Below are positions 54,001 to 64,000 of a stretch of DNA of 64,000 nt, piece after piece. Origin of the DNA: Tubiluchus corallicola. Lineage: Eukaryota; Animalia; Priapulida. Every line of letters begins with the position of its first letter. Within the stretch, counting starts at the first letter, position 1. The position numbers and the translations under genes were made by a program. The stretch is from NCBI GenBank assembly GCA_030141605.1, contig JAQGDQ010000495.1, positions 100,276-164,275 on the forward strand, in the 5' to 3' direction. The notes under the pieces were generated by a model that did not search any database, was not told the DNA's origin, and worked only from the letters and a program-made list of their open reading frames with translations.

Positions 54001-57000
54001 ATCACTTCTCCCAGACGTCTGCTATCAGAATAGTGATAACGTTTCGGCACGTCTTCTCTGAGATAAGCATCATAATGCGTACTTCTACAGACCACGTCTT
54101 CCCAAACACGTTCCCTGTCTGGCCATCCTTAAAAAATGCCTTAACTGGTAAAAACTGGACAGAAAAAACAGATCAAATGGAAATGGAATAACATAATAAT
54201 AACTACATCATTTGATCACACCTTGTTATGAAATTACAACTATTACTGGCGTCTTCTAGATGTTTGGTTGCCTCTGTCTGCTTTGACAATTATTGAAGCT
54301 ATGTCGAAAACTAAATTTTTAAGAGATACTTAAGGTACTTACGTTATATATATAAGGTACATACATTAGGGCTGTAACAATAAATCTAAGTCACGATATG
54401 ATACATGTCACGATACTAACCTCACGATACAATATGTATCACGATACACATTGAGTTAACGTTTTCAGGCTTTAATAAAAAAAACTAGATTAACTTGTTG
54501 GTATATGATATGTATATATTACATTTATCAAACAATCTTAAAATTGGTAAATGCTAAGATAAATCAGCAAACTGTTTGATTTCTGTTTATACTCTTATAT
54601 TATTTGCATTGTAAGCTACCAGAAATGCAAAACATTTCAAACTTTTTGATTTAAAATATGCTGGTGCATTTTCTAATTCACATTTGCTGCAAGCCATTTC
54701 AGAAACGTATAAGCAAAAAACGTAATTAGCCTACTATACATTATAAACACATTGCGCTTTCAACAGCTTCGCTTTGGCTGACTGCTAGCAGCAGGTCTGC
54801 CCGTGTCAAGGTCAAGCTGCCTATATATTCTGTGCTCACTGCACTAATTATTTCCCCACAGTTGCAGCTTGAATTTTTTCACACTGTTTTTATCAGCGGA
54901 CAGTCTAGCTTGTGCTAAATATCAGTGATTTACATTATCACGATACTGGTGCATTTTGACGATATACGTATCTTTACAAAAGGCATCACATTGCATCGAT
55001 GTATCAGCTTATATACACAATATCTACTTAATAACTACTTACTAGTTTCATCGGTTATGTCAATCCGAACGTTTGGTCCCTCATCCACATAAAGTCCCCG
55101 CAATATGATGTAATCCTGCAGAAACTCACGTCGATCACAGTGGTGTGGTGCCATACCTAAGCAAAACAACCAACAAACAGGTAATTTTACTACAGTCACA
55201 AGCCTGAAATGGCTGCACTGGTCCACATGTCTATAAAGCAAGAGTTTTTTTTGGAAAGATATAGAGTTAGCATTGGGAAAGAGATATCTTTAAAGATTAT
55301 ACGGGAATCCCACATTGTTTATAAATTTGTGACTACTTCCATACACTTCTTGCAGTTAAACTGGACTCCAATATTTATTTGTTAGACCTCAAATTTCAAA
55401 CATTAGTTTGCAACCTGTTTTCTCTTGTGTTATAGATTTTGCTTGAAGAAATGTAAAAAATTTAGGCTAATGTTTAAAATTTCCCACACGCAAGAAATTG
55501 TTTTGTGAAGCGGATTAAGATTAGGATTAGGGTTAGGGACAAGTTTAGGGTTGGGATAGGGCTAGAGTTAGAGTAATTTTAATCAAAATTTATTGTTACA
55601 ATACAAAAGATCCTTAAGAGGAAATTAGTGGCAAACTTTCATTGATAAAATTATGTCACTAAACGTGGTGTCATTGAGCAAGGATTTACAATTTCTCAAA
55701 TTAATAATAATAAAATTAATAAAAAAGCCAAATGTATATAATGCCAAATGGCGCAACCTGCTCCATTAGCTGTGCGCAAGACACTTTTTGCGTTTACCAT
55801 CTCATTACGGTATCTTACAAATGGCTGTGTCAGAACAAAAATGTTGTAATATTAATTATGATCAACTATTTATCACGCTTTCAGAATTTTTGTCAATGTT
55901 GGTTTTAGTGTATTGTTATTATTTTTTTCAATTTTTGTTTGTTTTGTTTCCGCATTATGATTGCAACAGCCTAGAATTTCATTCTATCATGTATTGAACA
56001 GAAGTCGTTGTACTCTACACTGCTTCACAGACAAACAAACTGTCAAATTAGTAAAAAACAATTTTTAACAACACAGCTATTCAAATAAAAAAACAAAATG
56101 AATTCACCATGATCGGCTACGACAAGCAGATTAACGCACGCATGTAGGTTGCGAGCGAGCAATCCATCCATCAACATCTCTAAGTACCCATCAACATATG
56201 TCAGCCTCTCATTTAACTGCAAAACAGAATATAATGAAACAGTTTTACTGAATATAAATTAATCTCACAAGCTAGTGTTATTCAATTTATTGATTTTTGT
56301 ACCACATAAGGGCAAATTAAGGTTATTGTGCTACTACATATGTCAAACTTATGACACAAAGGCTTAGAGTTTGTTAAATGTAGATGCAGTAGATTGGTTT
56401 GCAGAAAAATGCACAATATTATACTTATACATAAAGATTATTATATAGACAAAATCAGTATAATTTGCTGGTAAATAAAAACTAAGTAAATGTGGATGTA
56501 AATCAGTTCCTGTAAAGATGAAAGAGAAAAACTAAAGTTCAGCCTATAATAATGATATCTGAATGTCTACCGATAAATATACTGATAACAAGACTAAAAT
56601 GAGCATCTTCATCTTCTTTTCTGCCTCTTGACTAACATAGCAAATCTTGTATTAAATATGCTTTGATAACAGATGGTCAGTTCTTCTAACAATGTACAAG
56701 TTTATCAAAAGCATTCGAAATTGTTAGGGATTTTAAGAAACTTTGGCAAAACCAATACTTCATTTCAGGACCCAAAAGTGAGTTTTGTTTGGCTTCAAAT
56801 TCACGCAATACTGTTGTTAATTTCTGTTTCAGCCCAGGTTCGTCAAAATATGCAGCACACCTTAGTTCTTTAGTTTTTTGTCTACAGCAAATTAACTTTA
56901 AGCTGATGTTCAGTTCGGTTATCTCATAGGATTCCCTGACCTTATGACATTTTGGTAAACAATATTAAGCACTGGAAACCTGTACCCGTTTCTACGTTTA

Positions 57001-60000
57001 AAATACATGAATGATCAATCCCAACAGATGGCAATTTAACATTTATTCTACTCTGTCACTATTGCATAAAATGTTGTTGAAATTTTGCATAATTTACACA
57101 ATAATTGAGAAAAATACCAGATTGAAATTAGACTCAAGAAATGAAATTTTTGGATGTAGTTCAGAAAAAAGATTTCAAAACAGAATTCAGGTATAATTCG
57201 ATCTGGCAAACTAATCTAAAATAGACTCGGATTCAGTTCTGACTTTGAAATTCAATTTTAGGTTCATGACATCCTCATAAAATTAATTCAAAAAATCTCA
57301 CAGTCACACTAAGACAACACTTAGTTATACATAATCAGTATCAGGTCCAGGTTCATGACCAGCTTTATCCGGTTCTTCGAAGTACAAAGTGAAAAAGCTC
57401 GGACGGTATGCTTTTGGTAGATCAAGCCACGCAAGAATTTGATTAACCCTCTCTTCATAAGGTACACTGCTGGAGTAATTCTTGTAGTAGGATGGTCGCA
57501 TATCTGTCAATAGAAAACATCATAGCAAACATAGAAGCTGATACAAAATTACAAATGGCAAATTTATGCAAATTTACACATAATCAAGAACGTTTTTGAG
57601 CATGAAACTATTTAGCGGCAACAAGCAGTTAACACTTAAAATTGGCTTAAGCGCTGATATGACAAAAGTAAACATCTACCTTGGATATCAACATCTGAAC
57701 CGGGCCAGAAAAATGTGGCAGCTTTCTTTCCTTGTTTCTCAACAGTATTCCATATCTACATCAAATTGAAGGTGGTCCAGTCATTATTTATTATCCATTA
57801 CCCACTATTACTCATTATTATTTATTATTCATTTATTATTCAATATTAAAACTATTCTTCTAAAAACTTTAAACAATTGCGAATTTACAAATTAAAAAAC
57901 ACTTTAAAAAGAAACTGCTTTTAAAATGTGTTTCAAAATAAAAACCATAGAATTACTGGCTCTCCCCACCACCAACGATTTTTGGCAGCTTCTGCAGATC
58001 CAACGCTGAACCGTGCTCTAAACTCCGGATCATAGAAGCTGTTGTCAACAATACCATGAGAAACTGGATACAACCCCTAAAATAAATAAAACAACAGAGA
58101 CAATGATATAAATATCTATACGATATAAATGATATAAATAAATAAATAAATATATATATATATATACACATGTCATTGTTTTTAGGAATAGGCCAGTCAC
58201 AATACTTCCCTTAGTCAACTCCTTTGTTTTGATGAAGATGCCATGTATCGAAAGCTAAACTTCTAAATTAAACTAATGTTGAAATATAACTGCTGTGTGT
58301 GTTTTTTTCTCTAGTATTCTTGTTACTATATATATATTTTTATACATATTTTATACATATGTGTGTGTGAGTGTGTGTGTGTATGCATGCGTGCGTGCGT
58401 GCGTCTGTGTATAAAATATTTCCAAACCTTTGATTTGAACTTGGCTGTGCGATTCACGCTTACTAGTTTTTTACAATGAAAATGCAGTTACTATAGTCCA
58501 CAGATTATGATAAAATGATCACATCAACATGCTTTCAACAGCATTGACTGCAAGCTGTGGAATTTATATGTTGTGCACACCATGTCAGCTTAATACAGCT
58601 TAAATTGTGTTCACAGTAGGAGTGACGGTTAGACATCTACAGATCACATTAAAGCTATAATTTTCACATTGTTTTTATCAACGGATGATCAGACAAGTGG
58701 CCACGTGCCAGAAAAAACTAATAATTTTTCAATTGCTTTACACTCTCGCCTTTAGTCATACAAACACGTTAATGCCTGAAAATGAGGTATAATGTTCTCA
58801 TCTTCAAGCATTAAAGTGTTTGAATGTCTGAAGTTGAGAATGTCTGAACATAAAACGAACATATTTTAGCAGCATAATGATTACGACTAATTATTTAGCA
58901 ATTGTAGACATTATGAGGCTACAGAATATATCATACTGTTGCAATTGTGTAATGATTCGGGAAAGTCATTGTAGGATAAACACTTCGCATGTGCGTGGCA
59001 TGTGTTCCGCATTCAGTTAGACGGCCCAGTGTGGGTGTGAAGTTTCGGAGGAGGTACTCCGCACGGAAACCATCTAGTGACACCAGAATAACTGGTGAAT
59101 CCGAAAAACTAGAAAAACGTTTCAATAAAATTTTAAATAAGAAAATGTAGTTCTCTGTTAATTTGCCTCTCTCTCGTTCTCTTCCCTTCTTTTCTGCTAC
59201 ATGTTTCACTTTCTCTCTCCCCATCTCCCATATTTTTTGCAAGTGTTAAGACGTGGCACAGAAGTCCATAACAGTACAGAACAACATGCCTTCCTCGAAT
59301 TATCTACACCTTAATTATGCAAAAAGCAATTTAAAATTAGCAAACACAAATTTGCTGTTATTCTCCATGTGTCTACAGTGGCAACATTATTTTACTGTTA
59401 TCACTACTAACACTGCCAGTGTTACTTTGACTTTCGCAGAACTTATGCAGACAAGTAAGAACTCCCAGCTCTATAAAACTCTAGATGCAAATAAGCAAAC
59501 AATCGGGTACTTCATTGATCAGCATAATGTTGACAAACAGACAGGAAAAGCATGCTTTCCAACTAACTTAAAAATGTAATGCTAACACAATCACACATAC
59601 CAGTTCCTCTTTCATCATTGCTTTGAAGAATAACCTACAACTAGTATTTTTTGTAAGACAATTTAGAATTACATTCACGAGCCTTGGTTAGTATATTTAA
59701 TCACACTTGAGCCTACAAGAAACGAATCTATTACAATCTCACAAACATAGTTTGTTTAGCAAATAATTGCAAATAATCATTCAAGCACGGTTTTAAATCA
59801 GAACACAGAAGAGGACATACCTCTTTGGACACTGTCTTGTGCGGAGACATGGTTGATCCATCCATTTCGGTGGTTTTGGTGTAGTTGTTGTTCCCAATGT
59901 AGGTATTACTGTTGGTGATGTCTTTTCTGTGTCTGGTTTTGGCTCTCTGGAACGAATACTTAGTTTTATGCATGATACTTTTTACAAATTTGTATATTAT

Positions 60001-62249
60001 TTTGCCAACATTTTAAAACAATTTCTAAAAGAATTTTTAATTGATTATTGAACTTAACGGCAATTAATTTCGAAACTTACTGTCACCTTGTTTGGCATAA
60101 CTATTTTTACTGTCACTGCTAAAATTTTATGTTTGATTCTCTTTCTAGTTCAGCTTTTTTGTTACAAATTTTTTCTTACGTTTTTTAGTACTTGTTAGTT
60201 AATGTTAAAGTTCAGTCTTAACTTAATTCTAAGCAGGATTCAACATTTAATATGAACCAGCACCAGCACAGTTTTCGCCAAAATTTTGTTTAGTTTGACC
60301 TTCAGGTCTTTGCCATCCTTTGTCATTGTTTTGTATTTTTTTCTCATCATCACTGTTAGTGTTAGCATGCCACTAGTGTCACATTAGGTACTTCTGTTAC
60401 GCAAAACAGTACCACTCATGATTTGGCGCCATGTCGGACCTGCTGCCACATGCTAAACATCTACGTTGTTTAAGCCAAGTCCAGGGCTGAATTTTTCTAG
60501 CATCGCATCGCCAAATGCTGCACAATTTCTGCCAGGTGCTGTGCAATTTCAGTTTTGCGTGGCAATCGCTACTAATAAATTCTAGTTATTTTTTTCTGTG
60601 AAAAAGCATCACATTTTAAACTTAAATGTTTGTCTCAAAATGTTATTTATTTGCATATAAACTAAACCTCTCAAGTTCGTCACTGGTAGTAGCTACACAA
60701 TCTCGAGCAAAAGATTGTGCCAAAATTAGATAAAGTATGGTCACTATGATGCACTGCCTGCTTGCATCTGGCTTAGTGTATAAGGATTACTAACTTGCCA
60801 TTGCGCGCTGCTGTGCAGATCTATAGATTTTTGTCTATGCACAGGAAAGAAAGTGCTTGAAAACAGCAGCTGATGACATAACTGAAGAAAGCACTACTAC
60901 CAAAATTAGCAAGACATGTTTAAATCAGTTGCACTATTGAACAGTTGCTACAGTTCTGATAAATATTTTTGGTAACCAAGCATTACAATTGGCCATTATA
61001 AATTACCTTAATTTCTCCACTGCCATTAAATTTTAACAATTGGGTACCTGGGTACCTGATGGGTATAAGGAAAATGGTACCGGTGTCTAACTTTTCGTAC
61101 AAGTGTAAACACTACAAACTTGCCAGCACTGGGTATGTGCATATAATAGGGCTGTCATGCTTGTTAAGTTTGCTAAACGAAACGATTGCATTTGCACGAT
61201 CAAGTTTAATGTATGCGTGGGGGGAAAGAAATATAATTTACGGTTGGATTAAAGAAATATATTCAACACCTGTCATAATTAATTAAAATAACTTGGAAAT
61301 TTTAATTACATGCACTTTTATCTATATGACCTAGCTTGAACTCTAGTCACCTCGCATCTATAGATGCTATAGTTGTGACCACCCTGGTTGGACTGATTAG
61401 CTATAGGTTACAGTAATCTCACCTATGGGAAACACTATTGTAATTACCTGGAATGTGCTTCAACTTGTTTTGCTTTTCTCTTAGGTCTAGCATTGATCTA
61501 TCTATCTAGCTGCAGGCACTGCATTGGAACATTCTCACTTGTTTAAACTATGTAATACTTGTTATATGCCACAAAATGGTGAACCTATGAAATAATTCAT
61601 GCAAGAATTCCCCACAAGTTGCATAGGTTGGAAAGCTCAGATACCTAGTGATTAATTACAATGAAAGCACTGTAGCTTGAAGCAACAAGCACGCTAGCAG
61701 CAACTACACTTCACATAGTGACAAATATTACTGTTATTCATTTCAGAAGTAAGCTGAAGGAAAACGTCTTTCGTTTACAAAAATTAGTAAATGTTTTGAG
61801 GGACTAAACTAAACGTTCACGTTTACACGCAACCCTAGTGTCTATATAGAACGAATGCAAAACTGAGACTTACATAAAGAATTTTCAGCAGAACAAACAT
61901 TCCAACATAAAACTGCCTAAGCATAATTGACAATGATATTGTTCGTATGCTGCTTTATTTTCAGAAGAAAGTCAAGCTGTGGACTAATAATAACAATAAA
62001 AACTGGAACACATTTTCAAGTAAAATTTAAAGTATTATGTACTCAGCAAGATAATGAGAATGAAACACGAACACATCATAATTGCATGTACAACGGTGTA
62101 GCGTGTACATGTAAAATTATTAGAGAATAGATTGACGATCACTGATCAACATGCACTTACATGGTGGTCTTAGATTCAATTGGTTTGGCTTGAATTAAAT
62201 TTCCACAATAAATTCCTATAAACATTCCCAATCCAACAGCAAGTGTTGC
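30712..62249 (-). CDS. Tandem double-module ectonucleotide pyrophosphatase/phosphodiesterase (ENPP1/3-like): TM - Pro/Thr stalk - PDE - NUC - linker - PDE - NUC; 5' partial
   Basis: 33 phase-compatible GT-AG exons totalling 4572 nt: 62161-62249, 59821-59946, 58937-59108, 57957-58076, 57680-57755, 57331-57503, 56108-56216, 55043-55156, 53968-54127, 52576-52733, 51496-51680, 50414-50620, 49001-49142, 48579-48659, 47681-47804, 46665-46821, 45053-45279, 43748-43919, 43160-43279, 42385-42494, 41023-41161, 40262-40370, 39077-39193, 38807-38960, 37860-37929, 36631-36718, 35598-35794, 35172-35384, 34412-34553, 32433-32513, 31381-31504, 31106-31262, 30712-30870 (TGA). Motifs DGFRAEYL, YPTxTFxNHYTIATGLYP, [26 protein letters not shown] and GPVFD each occur twice. 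Confidence 0.93.
40604..40748. repeat. 32-bp minisatellite, about 4.5 copies
   Basis: catgccaacatgattacRtaattgaaaaaagc repeated. Confidence 0.92.
45777..46456. repeat. Local intronic duplication block A-B-A' (A 45777-45920, B 45922-46290, A' 46314-46456)
   Basis: ttttactgYtattcatctcataaaacttgaaagctaaataag..ctgctcagcaatctaaat occurs twice; segment B is homologous to 48030-48395. Confidence 0.85.
48030..48395. repeat. Second copy (B') of the ~365-bp intronic segment at 45922-46290
   Basis: gaatgcatcacaaatttga..aggacacaa..gcaagatgaag..tcttattccatacataaagaat..aagcttataac is collinear in both copies. Confidence 0.85.
49495..49748. mobile_element. Short hAT-like MITE
   Basis: Flanks cttatttc / tttatttc (7/8); degenerate TIRs cggggtgtat / atatgcgcctg. 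Confidence 0.6.
50995..51364 (-). mobile_element. Solo LTR of an LTR retrotransposon (370 bp)
   Basis: TG...CA ends with a 7-bp inverted repeat TGTTGTG / CACAACA. Perfect 5-bp TSD ATTTT (50990-94, 51365-69). AATAAA on the minus strand at 51063-68. Confidence 0.8.
51252..51327. promoter_or_regulatory. Cluster of heat-shock elements (nGAAn inverted arrays) within the solo LTR
   Basis: GAAtaTTCtaGAAgtTTC (51252-69, 4 units), TTCtaGAAcaTTC (51271-83, 3 units), GAAcaTTCtacAAtgTTC (51310-27, 3 of 4). Confidence 0.7.
51763..52404. mobile_element. hAT-like MITE
   Basis: TIRs CAGTGCTTAAAGTATA / TACACTTTAAGCACCA; flanks cttcaggc / tctcaggc (6/8). Confidence 0.7.
54367..55007. mobile_element. hAT-like MITE family A, copy 2 (right end eroded)
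   Basis: tagggctgtaacaata..cacgatatgatac..cacgatac; collinear similarity with 21664-22519 at both ends and internally. Confidence 0.65.
55516..55573 (+). repeat. Degenerate TTAGG(G)-like repeat tract
   Basis: taagattaggattagggttagggacaagtttagggttgggatagggctagagttagag. Confidence 0.6.
58170..58327 (+). mobile_element. Possible Penelope-like terminal remnant with a degenerate hammerhead core, embedded in a (TA)n microsatellite
   Basis: tTGATGA-a-GATGC-cat-GTATC-GAAA at about 58229-58253; segment bounded by (TA)n on both sides. Confidence 0.4.
58358..58410. repeat. Compound (TG)n/(TGCG)n microsatellite
   Basis: Directly visible in the sequence. Confidence 0.9.
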
Positions 62250-63280
62250 CTGCAACAGAACATTAATAAGGATTATTTTATCTTTGACCCCTAATCATAG
62301 TGGCTAATAGTGTTTGTGGCTGTGTGCATGCGTAAGTGTGCGGTTGTTCATTGTTCTCACTTAAGCAACTTACAAACAAGGCTATAATTAATAATTAGGA
62401 TTGTGTTCAAAGACTGTCTTAAGTTTAACCGTCAGCTTTCTGTGAGCATTGTATAGAAACAGAATTATGCATGCATTACATACACTGTGCATTACAGTGG
62501 TCGTGCAAGAAAAAGTGCTTGTTCTTTTAGTTTTCACTTTAAATTAAACACGGATAGATTATAGCCGTGCACGGATATTGCGTAGTGGCTACAGAGAACT
62601 AGAGGGTACTTGGCAAATACCTTTCAGGCTGTATCATTATAGGCTAGCACTTAACACTCTGTGCAAAAATTACTGATGCACATAAGGCTAATATTTATAT
62701 CGATTTGTATAGATATTTATCTTGCACGCACAGTGCGTTTTTCACGTGTACTTCAGACCTATAAGTCACCTAGCATTAATATCTTTTAATACGCAAAAAT
62801 ATGTTACATTACGTGCAGGTTAGGGTGTTACACATTCGAGACTTTGTGTAACCGTTATGAGATTTATTTGATTACATGCTACTGTCAATAATGTAGTTGG
62901 TAAATTACACATGATCGGTAACTAATAAGAGATAACTTGGATTCCATAACGCAATAATTCAAAAACTGCAAAGCCTAATGATGGAATAATACAATGTAAC
63001 TATAGGTTTTATCAATGTGCAAGCAACAACCAAAGGGTGAATGGTAAAAATATCACAGGCAAAAGTGTAATGGTAAGATAACACAATGCGGTAGGAAAAA
63101 TGTCACAAGAAACAATGACACAAATGGAAAAATTGTAAAAAGTGGCACACATGAAAAATGAGTTTAGAGATAGAGATACAGCGAGGAATGATTATTTTAA
63201 TTGTTCTTACTGCCAAGGAAGGTATGCCTCAACTCTATTTGTTTGGTTGTTTTTTGTCTGTTATATATACTGTATACATA

Positions 63281-63332
63281 TGTGTGTGTGTGTGTTGTAT
63301 GCATGCGTGCGTGCGTGCGTGTGTGTGTGTGT
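63281..63332. repeat. Compound (TG)n/(TGCG)n microsatellite
   Basis: Directly visible; explains the overlapping VCVC/HTHT-rich ORFs here. Confidence 0.9.
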
Positions 63333-64000
63333 ACTATGCAAAAACCACGTAGTGGATTTTTACGAAACATTGAGGAAAAAGTGGGTAGGGAATAAGGAAG
63401 ATGCATATCGATGCATATTCCTGGACTGGAATATTTTTCGCCTGGTTCTTGTTTCCCAAAAACTTGACTGAATACCACATACAAAAAGCATTCTTGAAGG
63501 TCACCGATGGAGTATATACATTGTTCATTAGAAAGAGGGAGACTTGGCTACAAGATACGGTCCTTCATTTTTGTTACCTCCACCAAGACAAACAACTACA
63601 AGTTAGTGCTGGTTTGCATTTCGAGAAGTTTCCACCTTGAAAACTGTGTAACGCTGTCTATAATTTTTGCTTATACAATATACATATATGTAGCCTTATA
63701 GGTCTGTAAATACGTATATTTGTCAGTCAATTAACATCGCAAAATGGCCAAAGAAATGTAGACAAAGACAGTGTGGAATTGTCACCTCTGTTCAAGTAGG
63801 CCATTTTACATTTGCGATCATTAAAGCAGCGTCATATGATCGGCCTAATTAATTTGTATTTTTTAAAGTTAATACTCATTTTTATCTAGCTTGCAAGGTC
63901 ATACATTGAACTAAACTGTGCATGCAATTAATGGCAAAATCGGTAACTCACAGACGTAAGCGCTGCGCATTTCTTCCTATAAAAACGAAATTATACTATG

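Larger units (their letters stand above)
45100..59870 (-). other. ENPP module A (membrane-proximal PDE + nuclease-like domain)
   Basis: Runs from [30 protein letters not shown] to [13 protein letters not shown]. Nucleophile motif PTMTFPNH; FFWPGSDV. Confidence 0.92.

Noticed and set aside
55516-55573. Interstitial telomere or chromosome fusion scar
   Set aside because: Short, degenerate and single-orientation; such tracts are common inside repeats.
63142-63701. Cluster of overlapping ORFs, including a GPY-like string on the minus strand, as an ENPP first exon or integrase remnant
   Set aside because: The ORFs are largely microsatellite-driven; I found no convincing domain or splice-compatible exon.

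Overview
AT-rich, intron-rich animal genomic DNA, probably from an invertebrate; no prokaryotic features. I rebuilt four protein-coding genes by hand from GT-AG junctions and reading-frame continuity. (1) A 12-coding-exon minus-strand DH-PH Rho GEF resembling ARHGEF39, with a long C-terminal extension predicted to end in a CaaX box (CTIL). (2) A small plus-strand protein ending KKKKKCCVIL. (3) SPOUT1/C9orf114 with an intronless CDS. (4) A large minus-strand ENPP gene: 33 coding exons and about 1,520 codons in the window, 5' end not found. In it two complete phosphodiesterase + nuclease-like modules splice in frame into one predicted type II membrane protein, and both keep all catalytic ligands. 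Introns carry hAT-type MITEs with 8-bp TSDs, a pogo/Tc2-type MITE, a CR1/L2 LINE fragment, local duplications, and a solo LTR (5-bp TSD) packed with heat-shock elements inside the ENPP gene. The 25.7-29 kb intergenic region holds unexplained exon-like plus-strand segments. All gene models are predictions from sequence alone, without transcript evidence.
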